Shown here: one piece after another, positions 1 through 12,447 of the stretch
How positions within the stretch are numbered: the stretch's first letter is position 1
How the letters are laid out: each line of letters begins with the position of its first letter
NCBI GenBank assembly: GCA_951406725.2
Contig: OX597820.1
Span: 16,802,001 to 16,866,000 of the forward strand
Direction: 5' to 3'
DNA: 64,000 nt
Source: Octopus vulgaris
Lineage: Eukaryota
The notes under the pieces: generated by a model
What the model was told of the DNA's origin: nothing
Databases searched by the model: none
The model's input: only the letters and a program-made list of their open reading frames with translations
Translations under genes and position numbers: made by a program

Positions 1-85
1 CCAAGGTCAACTGTAATGAACGACCATAAAGACAAGAGTTTCCATGGTCAATATTTTCGTGAGCTGGACATCCACTTCATAAAAA

Positions 86-234
86 TGGCTGTGTGGTAAG
101 AAGCTTGCTTTCCAGCCTTATGGTTCTGGGTTCAGTCTCGTCGCATTGCGTGGCATCTTGAGCAAGTATCTTCTACTCTAGCCTTGGGCCGACCAAAGCC
201 TTGAGTGGAAACTGAAAGAAGCCTGTCGTGTCCA

Positions 235-328
<94 letters not shown>

Positions 329-501
329 AAGAAAAGGGAGGCAGTCAGGATTTTGGATAATTCTTTATTAGCGCTTTCGTTCGTTTAAACGGAATTCGGT
401 TAAACGAACGAAAGCGCTAATAACGAATTATCCAAAATTCTGACTGCCTCCTTTTTCTTAATATACAATATCTGTACACTACACCAAACACACACACACA
501 C

Positions 502-590
<89 letters not shown>

Positions 591-905
591 CTCTCTCTCT
601 CTCTCTCTCTCCCCACACACACACTCTCTCTCTCTCTACACACAGAATTCAAGTTTACAGTAAACAAAAGACGAAGACAGGTGTATATATCTCTCTACGT
701 GTGCGTTTCTCTGTGTATGTGTTTGTTCTTCACCACCTCTTGACAACCGGTGTTGGTGTGTTTACGTTCCCGAAAATTAGCGGTTCGGCAAAAAAGACCG
801 ATAGGCTTAAAAAAAGTCCTGGGGTAGATTTGTTCTACTGAAAGTTCTTCGAGGCGGTACCCCAGCATGGCCGCAGTTAAATAACTGAAACAAGTAAAAC
901 AAAAA
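86..905 (+). mobile_element. SINE family A (tRNA-derived head, internal microsatellite), expanded by simple repeats and a hairpin insert
   Basis: Head tggctgtgtggtaagaagcttgct...gggttcagtc at 86-232 and tail cttgacaaccg...actgaaacaagtaaaa at ~712-905 match the full copy at 17424-17836. Confidence 0.8.
327..461. repeat. ~135-bp near-perfect palindrome
   Basis: ttaagaaaagggaggcagtcagg...ttcgtttaa / ttaaacgaa...ctgactgcctcctttttcttaa around a ggaattc centre. Confidence 0.9.
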
Positions 906-1014
906 ACCAAAACGCGCATAAATCCATCTTGAATGTTCAGATGTTACGATTGTTGCTTTGAATAACTAAATCCATCGTGCTCCCTTCGTTATCTATTTCA
1001 CTGGCTCTTGGCCC

Positions 1015-1335
1015 GTGAAGGCACGTGGCTTAGTGGTTAAGGTATTCGGCTCACGACCTTAGGGTCATGAGTTCGATTCCCAACGGCGCGATGTGTCCTT
1101 GAGTAAAACACTTTATTTCACTTTCCTCTGATCTACTCAGCTGGCAAAAATGAGTAGTACCTGTTTTTCAAAGGAGTCAGCCTTGTAATAGTCTGTGTCA
1201 CACTGAATCTCCCTCAGAACTACATTAAGGGCACACATGTCTGTGGAGTCCTCAGCCACCTGCACGTTAATTTTCCGAGCAGGCTGTTCCGTTGATCGTA
1301 TCAACTGGAACCGTAGTCGTCGTAACCGACGGGTT
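1015..1335 (+). mobile_element. SINE family C variant
   Basis: A-box tggcttagtgg, B-box gagttcgattcc, 3' end gtcgtcgtaaccgacgg shared with 2406-2723 and 55977-56370. Confidence 0.8.
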
Positions 1336-1533
1336 GACACAGATATATATGCTCTTAGCCAAGTATTGAGTTGTTTATTTTTATTTCTTTCTTATATTGT
1401 TCTAGAACTAGTTTTGATTTCAACTCAAATTATTTGTTCTGTTCAAAGACTCTTTGTTGCTTTTCATTACGAGTAATCCATTGCCATTAGCAAGTATCTC
1501 TTTTTTTTATGCAGTCTTTGATTTCAGGCGCTT

Positions 1534-1580
<47 letters not shown>

Positions 1581-1685
1581 TAGAAATAGATTTATATCAT
1601 TTATTTCTTTCCGCTTTGTAATTATGTCTTTCCGTCGTTCAATTATATCGTTCTGTTGATGCTAATTTCGTCGCCATGTTACTGG

Positions 1686-2008
1686 CAAAATCGATAGACC
1701 ATCGGAACAAATGCTATGTGTTATTTGTGCTGGCGCTTTACATTCTGAGTTCAAATTCTATCATGGTCAAACACTGGGACCGATGTAGTTAACTGACCCC
1801 TTTCTCCTAAAATTGCTGGCGTTGAGCCCAAGTTTGAAACCATTATTATTGTTATTATCATTACTGATTCCTGTTGCTATTTCTTCCTCATAAAAATGTT
1901 TCTTCCTTGTAAGAGTCAACCCTGTCGAAACTTGAACTCAGAGCGTAAAGACGGATGAAACATCGGTAACTATTTCGTCCGCCGTACTAACGGTTCTGTC
2001 AGCTTGTC
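1686..2008. mobile_element. Two degenerate SINE family B fragments (1686-1843 +, 1912-2008 -)
   Basis: cattctgagttcaaatt and gaactcagagcgta...ttctgtcagct match the family B head. Confidence 0.6.
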
Positions 2009-2029
2009 GGTGGTCCAAAGGCGGTAAAG

Positions 2030-3045
2030 GGTATGTTGTTACTATTTTAATGGAGAATACCTTCCTGGGCAAGTGGGCTTTTCCCAGGATACCGATATCG
2101 TAGATCTCATGGATGCTGCTGTTACCAGGCAGTTTGTCGGTGATTCTGTTCAGTCCGTTTTTCATGAGACTCTGGGACCCGATAAAAATAGGTATTGCTT
2201 CGGTTTCCATTGCTCACAGCAATTTCTTTCTATCTTTAGCTCTTTGTAGTTCGATAATTCTTCGGTGACTTTTGTTGGTATATTTCTCACTGATGGTATG
2301 GTGACGTCAATTATTAGGCATTTCATTTACTTCTTTCTTTGATAATGATGTCTGGCCGGTTTGCAGTTATTTCCCACTCTGTATCAATACGCATATCCCA
2401 TACTGTGGTGGAGCGTGGCTCATTGGTTTTCAGTGTTCGGCTCATGATCGCAAGGTCGCAAATTCGATGTTGTGTCCTTGAGCAAGACACTTTATTTTAC
2501 GGTTGGTTCTGTCCACTCAGCTGCAAAAAAATGAGTTGTACCTGTAGTTCAAAGGGCCAGCCTTGTCACGTTTAATGGGTCACGCTGAATCCCACTGAGA
2601 ACTACGTTGAGGGTGCATGTGTGTGTGGAGTACTCAGCCACTTGCACATTAATTTCACGAGCAAGCCGTTTCGTTGATGGAATCAACTGGAACCCTCGTC
2701 GTCGTAACCGACGGAGAGAGGGTCATAGTATGGTGGTGTTCTCATTTTCCATGACTATTTCCAGTTGACGTTCATACCATTTCTCAGTAGTCTTGGTCTT
2801 ATATGTTTTACAGGCCTTACAGTGGATGTATGCTGACGCCTTGTGACGTTGGATGTATTCTGCCTTAGCAAGTTCTGGGAACCCAGAGACAAGGTAGTCC
2901 ATTGTTTCTTCGAATTTGTTACATGCTCTGTATTGGGCCTCGCTGTTACTTTTTATTTTCTTGCATATTAGTAGAACGTTGTTGGAAAGCTTTGGATCTT
3001 GTGCAGCAAGGATGAAACTGTTTGTTTCTGGTTTAAAGTGATTAA
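2030..3045 (-). pseudogene. 3' remnant of an R4/Dong-type non-LTR retrotransposon (CCHC knuckle + restriction-like endonuclease), split by a SINE
   Basis: Peptides KPETNSFILAAQD, RACNKFEETMDYLVSG (decayed CxxC..ET..H..C), KWYE..ENENTTIL, ANRPDII, and IPIFIG..GKAHLPRKVF. Confidence 0.8.
2406..2723 (+). mobile_element. SINE family C inserted in the R4-type LINE
   Basis: Matches 1015-1335; degenerate TSD catactgtggtgg (2399-2411) / catagtatggtgg (2724-2736). Confidence 0.8.
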
Positions 3046-3511
3046 GTAAGAGAGCATCACACACATTCCAAGTGACGCTAGGTTGCAAATATACGAAACC
3101 TTTTATAGCCATCGTGACTACCCGTCTGATTACGGTACACAAGGCATGTGCATCACAACTATAGACGTTCCACATGGTGACTCCATATCAAGATAACCAG
3201 GAAATGACCTTGTAGGTGAGACCCAGAATTTTCTTCAGTTAGAGTAGCCCATCTTGTACAAAAGATCCTTGAATAAGGGTTGCTCTTTTACTCTTTTTTA
3301 CTCTTTTACTTGTTTCAGTCATTTGGCTGTGGCCATGCTGGAGCACCACCTTTATAGTCGAGCAAATCGACTCCAAAACTTATTTTTTGTAAGCCTAGTA
3401 CTTATTCTATCCCTCTCTTTTGCCGAACCGCTAAGTTACGGGGACGTAAACACACCAGCATCGGTTGTCAAGTGATGTTGGGTGACAAACACAGATACAA
3501 AAATATATACG

Positions 3512-3544
<33 letters not shown>

Positions 3545-3557
3545 ACACACACACACT

Positions 3558-3588
<31 letters not shown>

Positions 3589-4135
3589 ACATACATATAC
3601 ATATACGACGGGCTTCTTTCAGTTTCTGTCTACCAAATCCACTCACAAGGCTTTGGTCGGCCCGAGGCTATAGTAGAAGACACTTGCCCAAGATATCTCA
3701 CAGTAGGACTGAACCTGGAACCATGTGGTTCATAAGCAAGCTACTTACCACACAGCCACTCCTACGACTGTGTTTAAGGATGATGAATGAAACACTCATG
3801 TTTCGAAGGTGAATTATTAAAACCCCCCCAAAGAACTCCTTTAAACACATGGCTTTGCTGTTCCTCCTTTACTTCTGCTTGTGATTAGAGATGCACATAT
3901 CGTCAGGCACTAAAAGGCATGCTCAACTTGTGAAGATCAAGCAATTGACAAGCAAATCTGTGGTAGTGAGAAGAGCCATCACAGCCACTGCCTGGTACTG
4001 CATCAGGGCATAGCAGATCTGTGGTATTGAGCAGAATATTTGCTGTAGCCCATCTTTTATACCAAGACAAAACAATGTACATGATAACACTTCCAAACAG
4101 TTAAGATCAGAAGCCATGAGAGCCACAGCCTGGTA
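3046..4135 (-). mobile_element. Diverged copy of the ~555-bp (TAA)n-associated element, interrupted by a SINE A
   Basis: 3046-3280 and 3770-4135 align to 4246-4800. Confidence 0.75.
3283..3766 (-). mobile_element. SINE family A, full length
   Basis: Reverse complement of the 17424-17836 copy, with internal (CT)n(CA)n. Confidence 0.9.
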
Positions 4136-4165
4136 TTATTTTTATTATTATTATTATTATTATTA

Positions 4166-4245
<80 letters not shown>

Positions 4246-4798
4246 GAGTGAGAGAGCAGTTCATGCCATCAAAGTGACACTGGGGTAAAATATACGAAGC
4301 CCAATATACCCATCATGACTACCCGTCTGATAAGGGTATACCAGGCACATGCATCACAACCATATGTGCGCGACATGGTGATCTCATATCAAGATAAACA
4401 GCGCATGACCTTGCAGGTGGGGCCCAGTTAGAATTTTCTTCAGGTTAAGTAGCCCATCCCGCTCAAAAGGTCCCTGAATAAGGGTTGTTTAAGGATGTTG
4501 AAAGAACCACCCATGTTTCCAGAGGTGAATTATTCAAACCCCAAAGAATCCCTCTCAACACATGGCTATGATGCTCCCCCACTACTTCTGCTCGTGATCA
4601 GAGATGCACATATCGTCAGCCACTAAGGGACATGCTCAACTGGTTAAGGTCAAACAACTGACAAGCAAATCTGTGGTATTGAGCAGAATATTTGCTGTAG
4701 CCCATCTTTTATACCAAGACAAAACAATGTACATGATAACACTTCCAAACAGTTAAGATCAGAAGCCATGAGAGCCACTGCCTGGTACTGCATCAAGA

Positions 4799-4800
<2 letters not shown>
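4246..4800 (-). mobile_element. ~555-bp non-coding element flanked on both sides by (TTA)n
   Basis: Near-identical to 62774-63330; truncated copies at 4891-4957 and 24174-24347, each abutting (TTA)n; strand inferred from the (TAA)n tail. Confidence 0.85.
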
Positions 4801-4860
<60 letters not shown>

Positions 4861-4957
4861 GTTATTGTTATTATTATTATTATTATTATTGAGTGAGAGA
4901 GCAGTGCATGCCATCAAAGTGACACTGGGGTAAAATATACAAAGCCCAGTATAACCA

Positions 4958-4997
<40 letters not shown>

Positions 4998-5129
4998 GTT
5001 ATTGCAATAAACTTAACGATCTTTATTTTCTCTATATTAGCGTTGTTGTTTCTATTGTTGTCATCGATGATAAAAAGAGTGCCAGCCATAGTTACTGCTC
5101 GAAATTTCGTTTCCAATTTTAGTTTCACG

Positions 5130-5260
5130 ACCTTCGTCGTCGCATCATTTCCTCCTCCTCGTCCTCCTCGTCCTCCCCCTCTTCATCATCATCATCATCA
5201 CCACCATCATCATCATCATCGTCATCGTCGTCGTCGTCGTCATCATCATCATCATCATCG

Positions 5261-5291
<31 letters not shown>

Positions 5292-5491
5292 CACCATCAT
5301 CATCATTATTACCACCATCATTATCATCATCATTTTTTCCACATAATGAGATAGAAGATACTACCGTCATCAACCTCCTCTTCCTTCTCGTCGTCGTCGT
5401 CGCGGCCGTGGCCGTGATCGTAGTCGTTATCATCAACTTCCTCCTCCTCCTACTCATCATCATCATCATCATAATCATCATCACCACCACC

Positions 5492-5552
<61 letters not shown>

Positions 5553-5596
5553 CCACCACCACCACCACCACCACCACCACCACCACCACCACCACC

Positions 5597-5647
<51 letters not shown>

Positions 5648-5657
5648 GTTATCATCC
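5130..5657. repeat. Compound (CAT)/(CAC)/(CGT)/(CCT) trinucleotide array
   Basis: Directly visible; source of the spurious poly-H/D/M ORFs. Confidence 0.95.
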
Positions 5658-6413
5658 ATACGAACCAAATTTATTTTTTGTCCTTTTTTTTTCTTCCTTC
5701 CTTTTTATTTTACGTTTTTTTCATTTTCGTGTTCTTTGTATCGACCGATATATAATTCCAAAATGAAACATTTCCAGTCAAAGAAAGAAGCATTCGCAGA
5801 AATTCTTCGTTTAATAGTCACTGCACGTTTGCGCTGGATTAATGCTGGATTATGTCGACGAGCCCGGCACCGTCCACAACGGTAAGAAGAGGCAAAGGAC
5901 AAGAAACAAAACAGGGCAATTCGCAATAACAATCCTGGCCATTATTCGTTTCTTTAGTTACTTTTCTATATATGCTTGTCTATATACGTGTATATATGCG
6001 GATTATGTATGTACATAATGTAAGTACGTAATATGTGCATATACGTATCTGCGCGAGTGTGCACGGACTTGAGTGTGTAAATATGTATGTGTCTGTATGT
6101 GAATGCGTTTATGTGTGCAAATATGTATCTGTACGTCATTGTGTGTACATATTAATGTGTGTATGCGTGTATGAATATCTTTATATGTATGTTTGTATGA
6201 TCGTATATAAGTGTGTGTGTATTTAGCATATTTGTAATATGTATTTCACACACGCACACACACACATGCACACGCACACACACACATGCACACGCACACA
6301 CACATGCACATGCACTCGCACATGCACATGCATACACACACACACACATGCACACGCATACATACGCGCGCAAACACACATATTCTTATAGATGTATCTT
6401 ATATTTTTTAAAA

Positions 6414-7045
6414 TCTTTTATCTTTTACTTGTTTCGGGTATTGAACTGAGGCCATGCTGCGGCACCACCTCGAAGTGGTTAGTCGAACAAATCAACCTCG
6501 GTGCTTAATTTTGAAACCTCTTACTTATCATATCGGTGTCTTTTGCCGAATCACTAAGTTACTGAGACGTAGACAAATTAACACAGGTTGTCAAGCAGTG
6601 GTGGGGGGAAAATATAACATAAACACAAACACACACAAACACACATACACACACACACACACTCACACACACATACACACACGCTAGAACACTGCTTTTA
6701 GTCGAACAAATCAACACCAGGACTTATTCTTTGTAAGTCTAGTACTTATTCTATCGGGTCTCTTTTGCCGAACCGCTAAGTTACGGGGACGCAAACACAC
6801 AAACATCGGTTGTCCAGCGATGGTGGGTGGACAAACACAGATACAAACAACAAACACATACATGCATATATATATACATACATATAAACCAGCCGAAATT
6901 GCAAAGATAATCTGGAACTCGACTGAGGAAAGAAAACTCCGAATGACCTGTCCTTGTTTTCTTTGTATCCGTCTATCTGGATATTTTGTTGTCCCTTTTT
7001 TATATCACATAACTGTCTGGATGTTTTGCGTTCTTTTCCCATTTT

Positions 7046-7126
<81 letters not shown>

Positions 7127-7290
7127 TACGACGGGCTTCTTTCAGTTTGCGTCTACCAAATCCACTCACAATGCTTTGTTCAGCCCGAGGCTATAGTAGA
7201 AGACACCTGCCAAAGGTGCCACGCAGTGGGACTGAACCCAGAACCATGTGGTTGGGAAGCAAGCTACTTACCACACAGCCATGCCTGTGC
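6414..7290 (-). mobile_element. SINE family A pieces (tail 6414-6640; copy 6690-7290 with a 6890-7045 insert in its microsatellite)
   Basis: cttttacttgtttc, gccgaaccgctaagttacgggg, ggtgccacgcagtgggactgaacc motifs. Confidence 0.8.
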
Positions 7291-7480
7291 CTATATATAT
7301 ATTCATATATATATATACACACACATACAGAGTGTATAAGTTTTTTTTAGGTCATTTGTAGGAATTTAGAAAAGGCGCATAGATTATCAAAGAAAGGCTG
7401 TATTTGAAAGCAAATTGGTACAAATAATCTTGAGAATCCTTTCATCACACTTATCTATTGAATCCATCGCTAGCATCAAT

Positions 7481-7563
7481 GACTGCTTCAATACAGAGTG
7501 GTTAAGAGCGCGGGCTACGAACCCCAAGATTCCGAGTTCGGTTCCAGGCAGTGGTCTGAATGA

Positions 7564-7622
<59 letters not shown>

Positions 7623-7643
7623 ATAATAATAATAATAATAATG

Positions 7644-7706
<63 letters not shown>

Positions 7707-7857
7707 GCAACATCGAAAAATACCTTAGGAATGAGAATCCAGGTTCGAAATTTCCCCAAAAAACACCTGATGAAGGCTGGAGGGTATATCAGCCGAAACG
7801 TTGTGTTAACAACAAACAAGATGAAGACAAATATCCGTCAGATCTAAATAATGTAAA

Positions 7858-7858
<1 letters not shown>
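7481..7858 (+). mobile_element. tRNA-headed SINE-like element with a (TAC)n(TAA)n middle and a hammerhead-bearing 3' part
   Basis: A-box-like agagtggttaag, B-box-like gagttcggttcc, actgct/ggcagt acceptor-like pairing, then microsatellite, then HHR, ending in (TA)n. Confidence 0.65.
7762..7807 (+). ncRNA. Minimal type-I hammerhead ribozyme motif
   Basis: aacac-CTGATGA-a-ggctgg(agggtata)tcagcc-GAAA-cg-TT-gtgtt: perfect stem I, 6-bp stem II, palindromic AACGTT stem III. Confidence 0.8.
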
Positions 7859-7913
<55 letters not shown>

Positions 7914-8125
7914 TTAGTCGGATGTCTGTAAGTTACAATAAAAGCACACTTCCAGAGAAAATATGAGCAGTTCTGCTTTTATATTGCCGAGAAGCTAAAT
8001 TCTATCCAATAGCATTGGTTACCACTGGTTTCACACTTACTCTTGCATTAGGCAATATTGACGACTTTTCAGACATGCTGTCCGGAAACACATAGCATCT
8101 TTAAAGCTAGAAGTAAATATATTGT

Positions 8126-8172
<47 letters not shown>

Positions 8173-8582
8173 CACACACATCTATCTATATTTATACATT
8201 TATGTATATATGTACGCGTAATATATGCGTATCTATGAATATATTTATGAATGCATATGTATATATATGCATGTTTTCTTGTTATTTTTGATATTATCTA
8301 TCTATCTATTTATCTATGTATCTATCTATCTAACTATCTATCTGTATATCTTATACTTGTTGATGCCTAATACTATTTATATATGAAATGTTAATCTATT
8401 AAAACTCCCGAAGCTTTTCTACAGCTTCTTGAATTTTGCCTGTACGCAACATTTCAGGCAGAAACCGTATGTAAGTCGATGTAATATCCAAGAGAAAGCT
8501 TGTAGATTTAGAGATCAGCTACACATTAGCTCACATATATTCGCATTCGATCTCATACATACATATATACGTTTATGTATAA

Positions 8583-8618
<36 letters not shown>

Positions 8619-8623
8619 GTAAG

Positions 8624-8690
<67 letters not shown>

Positions 8691-9077
8691 ATATATATAC
8701 ATACACATACACACATATATGCATTTATATAGAAGTTCTCTTACGTAATTGATCAAATTATCGGTATTTTCATATCAATCCATAATTCTGTGGTTCTTTC
8801 ACACGTACACTTAGTCTTAAACACACGCATGCACGAGCACACACGCATACACGTGCATACATATACACACATATACAAATATATGTATGTACATAAATAT
8901 ACAGACACATATACAGTTATATGTATGCATGTGTATTATAGGTACACATATGTATTATATACATATATGTGTATGTGCGTGTGGAAATGGATGCGTGGCG
9001 TTCAATGAAATAATAATATAAATAATATATATATGCATATATATATAATATAATATATATATAATATATAATTTATG

Positions 9078-9125
<48 letters not shown>

Positions 9126-9141
9126 TACATACATACATACA

Positions 9142-9206
<65 letters not shown>

Positions 9207-9217
<11 letters not shown>

Positions 9218-9272
9218 ACAAGATAAGGGCAGAAGAAAAATTCTAATGCCCTTATCTTGTAAATTATGTATA
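9207..9272. repeat. Short hairpin beside (TA)n
   Basis: ataatttacaagataagggca / tgcccttatcttgtaaattat. Confidence 0.85.
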
Positions 9273-9351
9273 AATTTTACCTTTAAAGGCATTTTTTGAT
9301 ATGCTGGCCATTGATAAAATTTTTTTCCCGAAAAAAATTTTATCCTATATC

Positions 9352-9427
<76 letters not shown>

Positions 9428-9790
9428 GCATATATGGGTACAGGATGTCACCAACAGTAAACAACATGAAATACGAAAAGAAATGAGTTCAATATGCAAA
9501 CAACGAGAGAAACAAATGGAAAACAGGACAAATAATACAAAGAACGCCCCTTCGTCAGTTGTCGGCAGTCTATATACTCCTCATTTCGAGCATTGAACGA
9601 CAATATGAGTCTTCGAAGACAGTTGCTCTTATAAGTACCAAAATGAAATTTGGGATTTATGGAGGGTCAAATTTGGGGAAAAAAAACCGGACAGTGGAGA
9701 CATACAAGGAAACCGAACGAAAACAAACATGGAGGGTTATTAGACCAGAACAAGAGTAAAATAATGAACGCTCGAGAAATATTTTCTTTG

Positions 9791-9860
<70 letters not shown>

Positions 9861-10038
9861 GAATACGACGGACTTCCAGACAATTTCCGCGTACTGAATT
9901 CACACCCAAGACACTGGTTGGCCCGGGGCTATATTAGAAGACGCTTGCTCAAGGTGTCGCGTACGCGTAGGGGGACTAAATCAGAAAACACATGATTGTA
10001 AACTGATTTTCTTAACCATGCAGCCTCAATAATACAGC

Positions 10039-10681
10039 GGTTTGGACTTTAGCTGTTCTTTCTAGCGTAAAGGATTCCTATGATGGAAACCTCTTAATGT
10101 GTTTAAATGTACACTGTATTTTACATGAATAATATATAGTCTATTGACTAATTTTTTTATACGCTAGGCCACTGGTAGTAAAAATTTCTAAAATCTTTAT
10201 TACCCTGATATTATGTATAATGATTTCTAGTAGATTCGTTCGAAGAATTTGCCGGCATCTTTTTGCTGCCGACAAAAATGACTGCGCTTGCGCGGTGGAT
10301 TTGAAAAAAATTAAAATATATAAGCAATGAGTCACATGCTGGATTGGCCTCGTTGTTTATATATTTAATCTTTGGCGTCCCTGTTGATGAAGACTTCGCC
10401 TGTTAAATTATTTTTTTTACTAAAATAAGTCAGAAACCATGGTCCAGGAAAGAGATGGCAAATGCTTTTATTTTTCATTGCCTTCGAGAATTTATCCCTA
10501 ATTAATGGTTTGGACTTTAGCTGTTCTTTCTAGCGTAAAGGATTTCTATGATGAAAACCTCTTAATTTGTTTAAATGTACACTGTATTTTATATGAATAA
10601 TATATAGTCTATTGACTAATTTTTCTATACGCTAGACTACTGGTAGTAAAAATTTCTAAAATCTTTATTACCCTGATATTA

Positions 10682-10682
<1 letters not shown>
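10039..10682 (+). mobile_element. Partial tandem element (468-bp period; 176-bp direct repeats 10039-10214 and 10507-10682) containing a hammerhead, ending at (TA)n
   Basis: ggtttggactttagctg...ccctgatattat occurs twice with few mismatches. Confidence 0.8.
10380..10448 (+). ncRNA. Type-I hammerhead ribozyme motif (C3U variant)
   Basis: cctg-TTGATGA-a-gactt...aagtc-a-GAAA-ccatgg-TC-cagg; GUC cleavage triplet, palindromic stem III. Confidence 0.7.
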
Positions 10683-10751
<69 letters not shown>

Positions 10752-10903
10752 GTTAAAGAGGACAATGTTAAGGCAAAGCAAACATCTCAAGTCATATACA
10801 GTTGTTATACCGTCATATACCGTCTTGGCTATAACCTTAGATCCTTAGTAATCTGTTACAGCACTTACATAGCGTACATAATCAAACTAGACCCCCATAT
10901 TTT

Positions 10904-10937
<34 letters not shown>

Positions 10938-10942
<5 letters not shown>

Positions 10943-11133
10943 TAATCCAAACAAGAAAACACAACAACGCGAGGACGTGGAACAAATATAGTATTATTGG
11001 ACGCTCAGGAAAGAAGGAATGAAGGAGGATTTAACGTTTCGAGCGGAGCTCTTCGTCGGAAACATAGGAGAAGGAAAGATCCAGAGAAGGGATGACAGAG
11101 GAAAAAAATCGCCAACGGTACACACGAGGTCAT
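10938..11133 (-). mobile_element. Short (TA)n-anchored repeat carrying a minimal hammerhead (family also at 13438-13652 and 34490-34680)
   Basis: Shared acaacaacgcgaggac..gacgctcag..acgtttcgagc..gctctt..gaggaaaaaaatcgccaac. Confidence 0.75.
11029..11063 (-). ncRNA. Minimal hammerhead motif (U4C variant)
   Basis: Reverse complement gttt-CCGACGA-a-gagc(tcc)gctc-GAAA-cg-TT-aaat. Confidence 0.6.
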
Positions 11134-11232
11134 ATATATATGTGTGTGTGTGTGTGTATATGTATAGTAATCGTTTTTACACTGCTATAAGGCTGTGTGA
11201 TACACAGCCTTATAAGGGAGATGTATATACAT

Positions 11233-11304
<72 letters not shown>

Positions 11305-11437
11305 GGCGCATTCACACAAGAATATATATCCAGATGTGAAAGTGGTTTTATGGTACGGCTTGGACGTGATAGCTGAAACAAGTAAAGACTACTTTTACAC
11401 ATTTACACACCCAAGTGCTCATGTGCGTGTGTTTGTT

Positions 11438-11489
<52 letters not shown>

Positions 11490-11663
11490 CGTGCAATTAG
11501 ATGCGTAACTATGCATGTTTGTAATTGAGTGTGTAGCTAATGTTATAGAAGCAAATCGAAATGTCACGATGTATTGTTTTCTCATGTGTGAAATATATAC
11601 AAAGGCATATAACATATTGCCATGTGCGTACGCATGCATACACGCATACATTCATTCCCGCTA

Positions 11664-11678
11664 ATAGATAGATAGATT

Positions 11679-11731
<53 letters not shown>

Positions 11732-11762
11732 ATGGATAGATAGATAGATAGATAGATAAATG

Positions 11763-11815
<53 letters not shown>

Positions 11816-11936
11816 ATGGATAGAGCGATAAATCGATAGATAGATAGAAATTGACTGATATACAGACAGGTAGACTGGCAGACATTCATACAGAATTACA
11901 GTTAGATAGAAAGATAAACAGATAGGTAAACACAGC

Positions 11937-12016
<80 letters not shown>

Positions 12017-12094
12017 CTGACACACAGAATGGCAGATAGATGTACAAGACAGGCAGAGAGGTAGATAGATAATTAGATAGGTAGATAGACAGAC

Positions 12095-12146
<52 letters not shown>

Positions 12147-12357
12147 TGATTGATAGAGGGATTGATAAATAGATAGATAGATCGATAGATGGATAAACAG
12201 AAAGATAATCAGAGAGAAAGAGAGACAGACAGGGAGAGAGCCACACAGATAGATAGACAGAACGGTAGATAGATATACAAAACAGGCAGAGAGGTGGGTA
12301 GATAAATAGACAGACACAGAAATCTATAGGTAGGTAGACAGAGAGTGAGGTAGATAG

Positions 12358-12447
<90 letters not shown>
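11664..12447. repeat. (GATA)n/(GA)n compound microsatellite
   Basis: Directly visible. Confidence 0.95.

Noticed and set aside
5705-5932. Signal-peptide-like ORF MLLRIALFCFLSFASS...
   Set aside because: Starts at TTG just after a stop; the nearby ATG frame closes after 30 codons; no recognisable family
7481-7552. Possible tRNA gene (also SINE heads at 1015, 17424, 55977)
   Set aside because: Imperfect cloverleaf and continuous with repeat bodies; treated as SINE heads
10039-10682. LTR retrotransposon/TRIM interpretation
   Set aside because: Repeats lack TG..CA ends, PBS, PPT and TSD
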